Source: Mustelus asterias
Lineage: Eukaryota
NCBI RefSeq assembly: GCF_964213995.1
Contig: NW_027590170.1
Coordinates: 372,001-436,000 of the forward strand
Length of the DNA: 64,000 nucleotides
Direction of reading: 5' to 3'
Under the pieces are notes generated by a model, which did not search any database, was not told the DNA's origin, and saw nothing but the letters and a program-made list of their open reading frames with translations. Shown here piece after piece: positions 50,901-63,388 of the stretch. The first letter of the stretch is position 1. Every line of letters starts with the position of its first letter. The translations under genes were made by a program, and so were the position numbers.

Positions 50901-52289
50901 TCTGACACTAATAAATAAATCTGGAACTTGGACGTTCTCTCTGTCCATGTTACCTGAAGTCATTGTATGATTTCATATCATGCTCGATAACTTTCTCGTT
51001 ATAATATATGGCATTGCGCAATGTCTCTATGTAAATCTGATTGTCCCTCTTTCACACATTCCACATTGTGTCCCTGTTTGCAATGGGGAAGAACGGGCAT
51101 CTATAGAACATATCTCTATTCATATTACAGTTGACCAGGTCTTGATATAAATGAACCAAATTATGCTTTCGAGTTATTACACTGGGGCTGATTCATTACT
51201 CTCATTACTACCCTGCATTACTTAGTGGACTACAACAAATTATTGTCCATAATGTTTGAGGCCATTTCCAATTACTGCCGCACTAGATTCTCTCTCTGCT
51301 TATATCGCACCCTGTTTATCTTCGAATACATGATGTTCAATCTATTGTACCATCCAATTGTTTATATTACAATAATCCTACCTCAGTTATTGATGCATGC
51401 AAATCACTTCATTTTATATTACAAGCAATCCTGCCTCAACTATCAGTGCATCGGAATATGTATCAGTTTTTAAAAGACTCGGTTTTGCCTCTATTTCTAC
51501 GACGTTACAATATATCTACAATTGTGCTGGGTTGCACATTGCTTATGAGATTTGCTGATCTGTCTATTATCTTTGCAGGAAGTTTAACAACACCAGGTTA
51601 AAGTCCAACAGGTATATTTGGTAGCAAAAGCCACAGAAGCTTTCGGTGCTGCAAGCCCCTTCTTCAGGTGAGTGGGAATTCTGTTCACAAACGGAAAGCT
51701 TGTGTGGCTTTTGCTACCAAATAAACCTGTTGGACTTTAACCTGGTGTTGTTAAAGTTCTTACTGTGTTTACCCCAGTCCAACGCCGGCATCTCCACATC
51801 ATGACTATTATCTTTGCACCATGTGTCCCTATCTGTAACTTACATCATTATTGTACTGTATTGCTGTGCCCTGTTGCTTAGCCCTGGCTCACTATTTGCG
51901 TTAGAAAAAAATATGTATCATGTTAATATTAGGTCCGTCCATGTCGCAGTTTTCCTGTGGTCGAGCATTTCCGCGTTCCTGTTACAATAGTCCCTGTATC
52001 AATAGTTACTGCAGTGATGAAAATATATTTTTCTATTCCTAAATGACTGTCAGCCCATAAACTTCGCCCCTGTGTGAATTAATTCATAACAAGACAATGG
52101 TTTCGTTTAAATTATGACAGACGCTGCCTTAACTTCCTAATAGCACTGTGGGTGTACCTACACCTCGGAGACAGCAGAGAAGGCAACATCACCTCTCAAG
52201 GGCAACTAGTGATGGGCAATAAATGGGGTCTGACCAGCGAAGTCCATGCCTGATAAATTAATTTAAAACTAAAATTACAGTATACACAC

Positions 52290-52575
52290 AAACTCTGCTG
52301 TGCAAAAGGAGGCCATTCGGCCCATTGAGTTTGCACCAACAACATTATTCCCGTAACCCCACATTTTTACGCCGCTAATCCATCTCATCTCCGCACCTCG
52401 GGTTATTGACGGACAATATAGCATGGCCAATCCATCAAACCATCTTTGGATTGTGGGAGAAAACTGGACCACCCGGAAGAAACCCACGCAAACACGGGGA
52501 GAATGTGCAAACTCCACGCAGACAGGAATCAAACCCAGGTCCCTGAAGCAGTGAGACAGCAGTGCGAACCACTTG
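52290..52575 (-). mobile_element. tRNA-derived SINE
   Basis: SINE body GAAACCCACGCAAACACGGGGAGAATGTGCAAACTCCAC. Confidence 0.75.
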
Positions 52576-52994
52576 CTGCAGTGCTGGCTTGAGTACCTTA
52601 AACTAATATGTTCCCGCTAAAAATGTATTAGACATTGATGTTGTTTATATTACACAAGGTCTGCCTTAATTATTGCAGCAAGGTACTTTGCCTTTATATA
52701 TAAAACACTGGATTGTGTGTTAATTAATATTACTCTGCTTTCTGTGTCAACTGATACTGCAGTAGACAATGACGTAAGCACGCACATGCGTGATCTTTGC
52801 GATTCAAACGGACAAGGGCTCACTTCCTGTTTATTGTTTCTGTCTTTCACTGAGTCATTTCTGCTGTTTGTTCAGAACAGCGTTTCAGGGCATCATTGGA
52901 GTGATCGTGTCTCAAGGAAAGTTACGCCATTGTGGGCACGTAGTCAGAAAGATTTGCACATTGGATTCTTGAATATCGTGGAAGAACTTTAGAG

Positions 52995-53539
52995 ATGGCA
53001 CCAATTAAATTTCTCGTGGCGTCATTTCTATTCGGTAAATTGGAACATGTGAAACATTTGTTGATACTTGTTGCCCCCTATACTATGTAAATACTGAAAT
53101 GTATTCCTTCCTCAGTTGTAAATAATCCATAGGTGATAGTTAGTTTGTGATTGTTTTTCCTCATTTTGAAAGAGAGAGGGGGACTCTTGTCATCAATAAG
53201 GGGGTTACCTGAATGTTTTGCATATTATTTTGCAGGTAATATCCAAGGGAGTTCGGTAGCACAGAGTCAACATGAGTTGAAGGTAGCTGAGGGAACTAAT
53301 CTGGAATTGAGCTGTAATTACAACTCCAGTTCTGTTGATCCAGATCGCTACTGGTACCGGCTCTACCCGAACCAGCCACTCCAGTTCATATTGTTCCGGG
53401 ATAACACCAGACGCAAGGATGCCGAGTTTGCCAAAGGAAAATTCGATGCTCGTCATTTCAGTCAATATCAGGTTTTCCCTTTGTCAATTTCTGCTGTGGA
53501 GACGAAAGACAGCGCCATCTATTTCTGCGGATTGAGGAT
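52995..53539 (+). CDS. TCR alpha/delta V gene segment, apparently functional (leader 52995-53034, V exon 53236-53539)
   Basis: MAPIKFLVASFLF G|GTAAAT, acceptor TTTTGCAG, then GNIQGSSVAQSQ...LELSCNY...YWYRLYPNQPLQFIL...LSISAVETKDSAIYFCGLR. Confidence 0.9.
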
Positions 53540-53577
53540 CACGGTGCTTCAAACCGGCTCTTACCCGTACAAAAACC
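53540..53577 (+). other. RSS (22-nt spacer, 23-class)
   Basis: CACGGTG (53540-53546), 22 nt, ACAAAAACC (53569-53577). Confidence 0.88.
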
Positions 53578-55030
53578 TCGTCAAAACACAACAAAACTGG
53601 AGAAATTAGCAAAGGGATCTTCCACCCGGAGACTCTTGAAAAATAAAATCCCTTGTTTCTAAAATTATTAAAAAACACACATTTATGTTCTGACAAAATG
53701 CTGTCAAGGATTATAGACATCAGTTAATCGGAGTGAATACAGAAACTGGATTGGTTCCCTTGAAAAAAAGGAGCTTGAGCTGAACTTTAAATGAGGTGCC
53801 CAAATTTTTGAAAGGGTTTTATAAATGTGAGAAAGAATTATTTACATCGGCAACAGGGACGAAAATGAGAGGATACTGATTAAAGATAATCGGTAAATAG
53901 AAATGGTGGAGAAATGTATGGTTATTTTCACAGCGTCTCTTTATGATCTTCAAAACACTGCCTGAAAGAATGGCGGAAGCAGATACAATAATAAATGGCT
54001 GGCTTCAGATTTGAAATGAACAAAGGTGCAAGTCCATGGGCAAAGAATAAGTAACTGCCCCGAAGGGATAGCTCTTGAAGACTTGAAGTACATGCAACTT
54101 GGCCGAAGCATTTCATTCTGTGTCGTTTTATCCAGTGTTTCCATAAATCATATCCAATCCTAACTCCGGCATAAACAACCGTTCCTGATGTTGTCACTGG
54201 TTCAAAATTTTAAATGCCTCCAGAATAACACCGTGGGAGCACCTGCACCATTCACACTGCCGTAGTTCAGGATGAGACCACAATGTGGTTATGTGAGATT
54301 AGCGATGGGCAATAAATGGTGGTCTTGCTATAATCGCCGATAACTGGAGCATAGATACAACAAAACAAAAATATATGGATCTCATGAGAATCAGCACATA
54401 ATTTCGTTCTCGGTTTGCATCATTCATCCTTTCTTTTTTATTTGTGTTTTGTTCGCTCTCGCATTTTCTCTCCATTTCAGGTCTGCTTCCTCTCTCCCAG
54501 TTTCTATCGTTCATCATTTTCCTTTTGTCGGCACCTTGAAAAAAATCTCAGTGACAAATTACATGCCGGAATGTTATATTTAATGAACAAGTAGTGTGTG
54601 GAGAGAAGGGGTGGGGGGAATTGCCAAATACAACACCGCCCAGAGCAGTGACACTGTCAGATGGTGCAGGTAAAGAAACTAACTGACCAGTCATTACTCG
54701 TGTTAACATGCTGCTACCCAGTTTTCGCATTGCTACTTTGTATTTGAAAAAAATCACAAGATACTTCCTCGCCTTCTGTTTTAGCTTTCTGTACAACATT
54801 CGCTTAACTTAAAAAATGACAATAGAAAATATATCTGTATCTCCACACATCTGATTCAAAGAGATCACTGGCCAATAAATGATGGGATTCAAGTGGTTTC
54901 GTCCTCTTGTTATACTTTGGCTGGTGTTTGTTATGTAAAACTATAACTCCTTGTTTGTTTGCAATAGGGTGATGTTCATGGAATTTTCCGCTCAGTGTTG
55001 CATTAAACCTTCCCTTATGTTTCATTTCAG

Positions 55031-55333
55031 GGCTGATTCAAGCAGATTCTGTGTCTCTTCCACAGACTGAACTGCATATCACTAAAGGAGATAGAGTGAA
55101 AATGGACTGCAGTTTCACAAAAAACAACAATAACCCCGATCCCTACTGGTACAGGTAGCACAACGACAGAAGAGACGCAGATTTCGCCAAGCGGAAATTC
55201 GAGGCCGGTCAGACTAATGCAGAAAATAACTTCCCTTTAACGATTGCTCGAGCAGAAATCCAAGACACTGCTGTCTATTTCTGCATGTTGAGAGACACGG
55301 AGATGTAAAACTCAACAGTCGCTTACAAAAACT
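55031..55333 (+). pseudogene. TCR V pseudogene, paralog of the 53 kb V (includes RSS 55296-55333)
   Basis: GLIQADSVS...VKMDCSF...PDPYWYR* then an FR2 deletion, RRDADFAKRKFEA...FPLTIARAEIQDTAVYFCML. RSS CACGGAG-22-ACAAAAACT. A possible leader relic at 54708 lacks GT. Confidence 0.85.
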
Positions 55334-56907
55334 TCACCAAACAGAACTGGCACAGGTGCTGTCTCCAGTTCAAGTTCTATCCACGGCTCTGTATTAACTG
55401 TTAAATTTCTCAATTCTGTCTTCTCTAATTCAGAAAGTTGTGGTTTCAGGTCTGCCTCCAGAGACCTTAGCGCACATTCCAGCTGCCACTTACACTGCCA
55501 GTGCGAATGGAGGAGGAGCGTCTCCACAGTGAATTGCTCAGGTAAAGTACTAAATGGACGCTCCGCCTGGCCTTTCTGGAGCATCTTAAACACTTCACCT
55601 CACTAGTTTCGAAAGCATGACAGCTCTCCAAGATTTTTAAACCTCAGTCGACTAGCTTCAAAAGATGATCACATCACCGGGATCTTGCTATGGCATGGTG
55701 ACTCTTTCCTCGATTGCAATAGTGACTGCACTTCACATTCAATTCATTTGTATTGTGGACAGGCTTGATGAACTCAGCTTTCCTTCTCTGTCTGTCATTG
55801 TTGGCAGAAATAGTAAATCCAGCATTGCAAAATGCAGACATATTTTTCAGTTTCTCACTCGCCACACGTAATGCCAATTGCCTGACTCGGCCTGGCTCTG
55901 TGGCCACTGGGTGTTTAAATAACCAAACTGGGGTTTCTGTATCAATCCAAAGACAGCACTTAAGCTCAGTCCTCTAAAAGGCTCCCTAGTTCCGAGCGTG
56001 CAATATTTGACTGGACGCCAAACCGCTTTCCTTCACTTTTAAGGTAATTTATCACATTAACCTGCTGAAGGTCTCTCCTCCATCTTCTCCTCATCCACAT
56101 TCGAGAAAAAGGTGTTTTAATGACCTCGTTTCTATTCTTTGAACGAAGGAAAGCGAAAACCACAGTAATACGAAGGAGAAAAAAAGCCTGATGAAATGTA
56201 TGAGTTCAAAGGGGTTTTTTTTCTGGCGGTTTGCAAACCTGAGCAATTGTTGGTGACAAATGCTTATGAAGAAATGGGGAACATGGCAGCGTTGACCTCG
56301 ACATTTTCAGCTGTTATTTTTTTATCACGACCAATGTTGTGTTCGTGTTTGGAGTTGAAGAGCAATTATTGTAAAGCCGTGAGAACAGACTATAAGATGG
56401 AGAACAGGAATCGTGGAGATGCTACAGTACATCATAAAGCAGTGAAATTCAATGCAAAACAGTTGAGCTCTGAAAGTGACCGGCACCGACAGGTCAAAGT
56501 GTTCCTTCAGTGATTTAAGCGACAGAGGTCTCGTTGATCTGCTGTTTTACTCATGAGTATTCAGGTTTGTTTTTGTACCAGAGTAAGACTCTGAATACTG
56601 CGGGCACGTTTAATGGGATGCAAGTCAACAATTTCCATTTAATGTAGCAGTTATGCAACATGGTGATGTAGCTGCAAAGCCATCAGCCCAGGAATTCAAA
56701 GTTCCATGCTGATAATGTCAGCACATCGGTTCAATTCTCACCATGACAGCGGGTGGAATTTATTCAATTAAACGAATTATTAGAAGCAATATTGCATTGA
56801 CAATAGGGTTGACTCAGTGATGATAATGATTGGTTGTCACAAAAGAACCTGCTACACTAAAATTATTTCGTAAAGGAAACCTTTACCTGGTCATTATGTT
56901 ACTGTAA

Positions 56908-57235
56908 TCATAGAAACCCTAAAGTGCAGTAGGAGGCCAGTCGGCCCACCGAGTCTGCACCGACCACAATCCCACCCAGGCCCTACCCCCACATATTTAC
57001 CCGCTAATCCCTCTAACCAACACATCTCAGGACTCGAAGGGGCAATTTTTTTTAACCTGGCCAATCAACCTAACCCGCACATCTTTGGACTGTGGGAGGA
57101 AACCGGAGCAAACCTACGCAGACACGAGGAGAATGTGTAAACTCCACACAGATCGTGACCCAAGCCGGGAATCGAACCCGGGACCCTGGAGCTGTGAAGC
57201 AGCAGTGCTGACCACTGTGCTACCGTGCCGCCGTG
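56908..57235 (-). mobile_element. Young full-length tRNA-derived SINE
   Basis: Head CGGCGGCACGGTAGCACAGTGGTCAGCACTGCTGCTTCACAGCTCCAGGGTCCCGGGTTCGATTCCCGGC (A and B boxes). Confidence 0.88.
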
Positions 57236-57790
57236 TAGACACACAAAAATATGATTGCCCCTGAAATGGCCGAACAAAGTAACTACCAGGCACACCTGAA
57301 TCACTGAAACAATCAAAGAAAAACACTCTTAAAGTTCATTTTTCCGGTGTACATTCATAAGTTTCTGGCTGCATTTTTGGGTCTCCTGAATGCAGTATTT
57401 AGAAGCATGGTGTCATTAAATCAGATCTCACTCATAGTTTCGCAGAAACATTGATCCTGCTAACCCCTCATATTCATTCAAAACGTCCCTCGTTACACAG
57501 GATGTTGTGAGCGGTCAGTGGGCATTTACTCATCATCATTGGCACACCGGTATTCATGTCAAATGTAAGTTGTGAACGTTTCAGTTGCTGAGAAAGAATG
57601 TTCACATCTGCACGGACAAAACATACCGATGAAATCGAATGAAGTTAAGCATAGAAATGCAGACAAAATAAGCTTACTTCTAAATATCAATAAAAGCAGT
57701 TAAATTCGTTAGAAGTACTCCTGACATAAGTATGGAAATAAATCAGGAATCAAGTGGAACTCAAAAGTCAAATAACCAAACACAACATTC

Positions 57791-58110
57791 TACTGATACA
57801 GGGACTAGATTGATATAAACTGAGACAGGGTCCAGATTAATACAGAGTGGGACAGGGTCAAGTGTAGTGATTATTGATACAGGGTCTAGATTAATATCAA
57901 CTGAGAGAGGGTCGACATTAATATAATGTGGGGCAGGGTCAAGTGCACTGAATACTGATATAGGGTCTAGATTAATATAAACTAAAATGGACTAGTGCAG
58001 TTATTACTAATGCAGGGTCTAGATTAATGTAAACTGAGAAGTTGTCTAATTAAGTTATTACTAATACAGGGACGAGATAAATAAAAGCTGAGGCAGCTTC
58101 TAGTGCATTC
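57791..58110 (+). repeat. Degenerate minisatellite (about 26-27-bp monomers, about 80-bp higher-order unit)
   Basis: Recurrent TACTGATACAGGGTCTAGATTAATATAAACTGAG-like units. Confidence 0.75.
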
Positions 58111-58251
58111 ATTAGGAGTGAAGAAGTTGACAGAGGTTAATTGGATTCCTCTGTGTATGTGTTTGAGTGGCTGACAACCTCATTGTGATTGCTTTTGTCC
58201 GATATTCTGGACAACCTCAGCAGGCAGGAACCGCAGTTTCAATCGGAAGAC

Positions 58252-58737
58252 AGTTTTTGTACAGGGTCGGTATTGTTTTCTATCACTGTGAGTCCCAGAG
58301 AGAGCACAGTAATACGCGGCAGCATTAATCAGCTGCAAGTCTATGATGGTTAACCTTGTGGTGGAGTCTGACAGCGGGAGGTCTGAAGCAAACCGTTTTC
58401 CTAACGCTGAGCCTTTCTATTCCACAACATCCCAAGACCGTCTCCAGACAACAAACTGGGGCTCCTTCGCTGATGGCTCCAGGTCGCAATATACAAGACA
58501 CTTTTCTTCTGTAGTGCGATAGGTACATTTTATTATCACGGCTTCCCCTTCTCTCCCGCTCTCTGAAGACTGGGACGGAATAACTGAATCTCCATCATTC
58601 TGATTTGTAACGTGTTCCGGAGCAAGTCAAGATCGCGCATTCATATAAAATATAACGCCAATTTGAATGGAACACTATTGGAATCATCCTCACCGACAAT
58701 GAGTATCCCAAACACAATCCAGACTGAATATCTGCAT
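58252..58737 (-). pseudogene. TCR V pseudogene, paralog of the 4.4 kb V, with a well-formed 23-RSS (58252-58290)
   Basis: Leader is 44 nt (frameshifted), acceptor AG>AA, Trp>Cys, in-frame TAG. Ends LTIIDLQLINAAAYYCALS. RSS CACAGTG-23-ACAAAAACT. Confidence 0.88.
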
Positions 58738-59255
58738 GGCCGCTGCCGAGCCCGAATTTCTCTTTTCCGTTTTAATGTCAAACCCCAACAAGATTAAACA
58801 CACACACGGGATTCAGTTTGTTAAAATCACTTCCTTCTCCATTGTTTTCCGGCAATGTCGCAATCCACAATATACCCGCATATGTTTAAACTAGATTCAA
58901 ATGAGGGCCCTGGGTCAGCTGAAGTCCTTTCACCGGCAGGATTAAATATGTACTGGTGGAAGCAGTCACTCAGTTAGTACAATCGAGAGAGCGCGCTTAA
59001 ATGCAGTTTTACTGAGGTCTGAGATTCATTTCCTGGGACCGAGTTGGTCAGTTTTCCGCCTGAATACGCATTTCTTTTGGAGCTGGATGGTGGATTGACT
59101 TTAATGTCAGGTACTCTTCAGGTGCTAACCCCAACGGGCCAGACGACTGCAACAGCGCACTACCAAGCTACCAGCAACACGTCTCCTCTTCCAGCAGAGG
59201 CCCAAACAGACGAGACCACTGATCCACAAATCAAACATGTGGGTTTGTCGGTCTC

Positions 59256-60463
59256 TTTGTAGGTCAAATAGTTCGGATGGGGCAGTTTTTGTGCAGTGTG
59301 TGCAGGAGGGTTTCCTGACACAATATGTGGATAGGCCGACAAGAGGTGAGGCCACATTGGATTTGGTACTGGGAAATGAACCAGGCCAAGTGTTAGATTT
59401 GGTTGTGGGAGAGCACTTTGGAGATAGTGACCACAATTCGGTGTCTTTTGTCATTGCAATGGAGAGGGATAGGGCAGGGCAAGGTTTACAATTGGGGGAG
59501 AGGTAATTATGATGCGATTAGGCAAGAATTAGGGGGCATAAGTTGGGAACAGAAACTGTCAGGGAAAGGAACTAATGAAAAGTGGAACTTTTTCAAGGAA
59601 CAAATACTGGCTGTCCTTGATAGGTATGTCCCTGTCAGGCAGGGAGGAAATGGCCGAGTGAGGGAACCATGGTTCACGAAAGAGGTGGAATGTCTTGTAA
59701 AAAGGAAGAGGGAAGCTTATGTAGGGATGAGGAAACAAGGTTCAGATGGCTCGATTGAGGGTTACAGGTTAGCAAGGACAGAGCTGAAAAAGGGGCTTGG
59801 GAGAGCTAGGAGGGGACATGAAAAGTCCTTGGCGGGTCGGATCAAGGAAAACTTGATCCGAGCCGGTAGCTTGGTAGTGCACTCTTGCAGTAGTCTTTTT
59901 ACTCTTATGTGAGGAATAAAATAATGACCAGGGTGAGGCTAGGGCCGGTCAAGGACAGTAGTGAGAACTTGTGTATGGAGTCAGTAGAGATAGGCGAGGT
60001 GATGAATGAATACTTTTCTTCAGTGTTCACCAAGGAGAGGGGCCATGTTTTTGAGGAACGGAAGGTGTTACAGGCTAATAGGCTGGAGGAACTAGATATT
60101 CGGAGGGAGGATGTCCTGGCAGTTTTGAATAAACTGAAGGTCGATAAGTCCCCTGGGCCTGATGAAATATATCCTAGGATTCTTTGGGAGGCAAGGGGTG
60201 AGATTGCAGAGCCTTTGGCTTCGATCTTTGGGTCCTCACTGTCCACGGGGATGGTGCCAGACGACTGGAGAATGGTGAATGTTGTTCCTCTGTTTAAGAA
60301 AGGGAATAGAAATGACCCTGGTAATTATAGACCGGTTAGTCTTACTTCGGTGGTTGGTAAATTGATGGAAAAGGTCCTTAGGGATGGGATTTACGACCAT
60401 TTAGAAAGATGCGGATTAATCCGGGATAGTCAGCACAGATTCGTGAAGGGCAAGTCGTGCCTC
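59256..60463 (+). mobile_element. Internal CR1 LINE fragment (same family as 9.9 kb and 30.9 kb)
   Basis: ATLDLVLGNE, SDHNSV, KSPGPDEI and NYRPVSLTS motifs. Truncated at both ends. Confidence 0.9.
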
Positions 60464-62330
60464 GGTTTTTGTCGGGACCAGAGCAGGTCAGATTGGCGGC
60501 TTTCGAAGGAGCATGAACAGGGCAACACCATGCGTTCTTGCTCCAAGCATGATACTGACGGTGCAGTTTGCTTAACAGTATCAGAAGAACATAGTCCGTC
60601 AAATGGTAAACCAGAAAATAAACATATGTTTAAATGTGGGGGACCTCAGTGAGCATTCATTCTCCTCAACAAAGACTCATTGGATTATACAGCAAAGAAC
60701 GAGAACATTCGGACTATTTTGCCTGTGCTGACAGATGATAAAGTTCCCATTTGCCCGTACCCACTGCTCTTTCCGCTAGCCCTGGAAATGTATTTCCATC
60801 AAATATTCATCCAGTTTCCTCTTTGATAGTTACCATGAAATCTGCTTGCGCTTCAAGCAACATATCAAACAAAACTTGCTGGCTAAACCCCGCAGGTCTG
60901 GCAGCATCTGGGAAGACAGAAATAGACCTAACATTACCGATGGGTCCATATGACTTTTATTCAGATTCTATAGATAGGACATATGGATTCGAAGCATTAA
61001 CCCTCTCCTTCTCTTGGTTGACCCACTTCAAGCAAAGCCTGATTATCGATGAAGATAATTTAACATTTAACGTTTTGTATTTATACACTTCCTATCAATA
61101 GAGGCCAAAAGTCTATATCTTTCTCTTAAAGTGCAATTTGAACGAACACCCTCAACGTTTTGGAAGCACAATGCAATTCTTCTTTCCCTTCAATAACCCA
61201 TTGTTTAACTACTGGACGTTGCTGTAAACTTCACTGCAATCAAAGTGAATGGACAATCAAAACGCGCATCCCTCCGTCTATCCATCGATACTACTGTCTC
61301 TCCGTCCATCAATCCATCTATACATGCTCTTTTATTCCCTATAATGACCGCCTAGCTCCCTTCAGTTTCTATATCCAACCGTCATTCAATTGTTAGACAC
61401 AAAACTTCATTCTCATGCGAGCTAAACGACTCACCGAACTTCAGAAGAAGAATCAAAACGGAAACCACGAAATTCGTGGATACTTCTGTTCTCTCAGAAT
61501 TGAATTTCTCTCAGACTTTGAGCTGTTCCAGAAGGCGAGCTACAATCGAACTGTTAGAATCTCCCTAAAGATCCTGCTGCCTTCAAGTAAATATCTATGT
61601 AGTGGGCCTGTCTAGTTGATCCGACCAGTCGTTATTTGCCTCTCTTTCATAAGGAGTGTAGACTGAGTTTGCTGCTCTGAATAAAAGTAAAATTAGCAGG
61701 ATGCGCCTCCAGTGAAGTTCCCCTTCTTTCTGAGACCGAGGAGGTGTTTCCGACGTCGCACAATGAGATTCCAATTTGCAGGAAGTCTCATCCAGGCCAT
61801 AGCAGCCCTGTTTGACTGGTAGCTCTTCTACAAGTATTCACTCCCTCCACCACCGATGCACAGTGGCAGCCGTGTATACCATTTGCATGATATTCTAATC
61901 TACGGGAACTCACTAAGCCTCCTTAGGCGCTACATTTCAAACACAAAACAGTTGCAATCTAGAAAGAAACGCGAACACTGCCATTATGCAGACTCGGGCA
62001 TTTCCTCCGTTCCTTCACTGTCCCTCGGTCTCTGTAAATATTCTAGTATTCCCTCCCTAATCGCGCTCTGGGTGTACATACACGACAGAGACTGCAACCG
62101 TTCAAGAAGGCAGTTCACCTCCACCTTATGAAGATAAATTAGAGATTGGTAATTTCTGCTGGCATCGCCTGGATTAAAAAACATAAATAATGTACTCGAG
62201 ACCAAGTAGAGCATTTCAAGCACAACTGTTGGTCACCTGATGAGCGTTTGGGCTCTCGCTGCCTGGAATTTCGACTGAAAGTTCAGAACTGGATTCCCCA
62301 TTACAATCCTTGACTTTCATTTTAAACTGT

Positions 62331-62441
62331 GGGCGTGGCCTAATTTGCCGATGTTCGGATCTGAAGTATTTCAATTCATCTCTGCGATCCGGTCTCCCAG
62401 AGCAGTCCAGCACTGCAGTCTCCAGCTCCCCGCCATATAAA
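62331..62441 (+). promoter_or_regulatory. Putative promoter of the NAR-type V
   Basis: GC box GGGCGTGGC at about 62331 and TATAAA at 62436-62441, upstream of the ATG. Confidence 0.35.
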
Positions 62442-62465
62442 CCATCAGCTCCAGGCAGCAGAGCA

Positions 62466-62940
62466 ATGAGAGTCCTCCTTGTTTTCACTGTGTGTGTCTA
62501 TTTATCCCGTGAGTACCGACCACATCAAACTACATTGTGTGGATTGAATATAAAGCTGCCCCAGTCCACCCCCCTTACAGACACTGTCACACTATAGTTG
62601 TGTGGTTCAGCTCCGATGGTCTATTAAACTCTCTGTGTTTAATTTCCAGGATCGTTCAGTCAGTCAGTGACACAGAGTCCGACAGCCGTGACCAGGGAGG
62701 AGTGTCAGTCTCTCACCATCACCTGTGTTTTACATGGAGTTTATGATTTAGAAACTGGTCATTTTTTCAGACAAACCCAGACCGGGACAGAGCGGGAGCA
62801 GATCTCCAGCGGAGGGAGATTTGTTGTGTCTGTGAATAAAGGAGAAAAGACATTTTCAATGGAAATTCAGGACATGAGAGTTGAAGACACTGCCACCTAT
62901 TACTGTAAAGCTCAGTACTGGTACTACACACAGAGGACAC
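62466..62940 (+). CDS. NAR-TCR-type (VNAR-like) V gene segment, probably germline VD-joined (leader 62466-62508, V exon 62650-62940)
   Basis: MRVLLVFTVCVYLS C|GTGAGT, acceptor TTTCCAG. QSVTQSPTAVTREECQSLTITCVLHGVYDLETGHFFRQTQTGTEREQISSGGRFVVSVNKGEKTFSMEIQDMRVEDTATYYCKAQYWYYTQRT has the VNAR layout (no CDR2, ISxGGR, YxCKA) and an extra FR1 Cys. Confidence 0.9.
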
Positions 62941-62968
62941 CACAATGGAATGGAGAAGGACAAATACC
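62941..62968 (+). other. 12-RSS after the NAR-type V
   Basis: CACAATG (62941-62947), 12 nt, ACAAATACC (62960-62968). Confidence 0.8.
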
Positions 62969-63296
62969 CAAGGACAAAAAAAACCCCAGTAACTCCCAGC
63001 AATTCTCAGCTTAGGCAACTTAATCTGTCAGGATGATGTTATTCCCAATTCAACCTGGTTTAATTTCAGTGTAATTTCCTCCGATCAGTTATCATTCTTT
63101 AAGGTTTTTCTCCGTTAATAATAACCTTGCATCTCTGCTCCTGTTCCATTTTCCCAGGAGCTCAGAGAATCACAAAGGACAGTGTAATTCAATTATTTTT
63201 TTGATGCAATCTATGTTCATTATTGACCCCAGTCCCGTGAATAATTGAGAAACGCTGAGTGTCCGGTAATGCTGGCTGTTAGTTTGAGGTGTCAGT

Positions 63297-63388
63297 CATT
63301 CTTGTATTGGGCTGACTGAGAGCGGTGTCACTGTGGGGAGAATGGAGATTTGCAGATGGGTCTGGGACGGTGCTGACTGTCACAGCCG
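63297..63388 (+). other. NAR-type J segment (63336-63388) with a 5' 23-RSS (63297-63335)
   Basis: CATTCTTGT, 23 nt, CACTGTG. J reads GEWRFADGSGTVLTVTA G|GTAAGT (GxGT motif, phase-1 donor). Confidence 0.88.

Noticed and set aside
58291-58604. V with Cys near CDR1, as the NAR-TCR supporting V-delta
   Set aside because: It has a leader relic, lies upstream on the opposite strand, and carries a stop. The Cys residues look like pseudogene decay.
60464-60502. Perfect reverse nonamer GGTTTTTGT at the CR1 breakpoint
   Set aside because: There is no heptamer at a 12 or 23 spacing.
62929-62982. Alternative RSS readings for the NAR V (CACAGAG-24-ACAAATACC; CACAATG-26-ACAAAAAAA)
   Set aside because: The spacers are off, and a 23-class V could not join the 23-RSS J without a D. 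The exact 12-spacer reading is preferred, though the first is not fully excluded.
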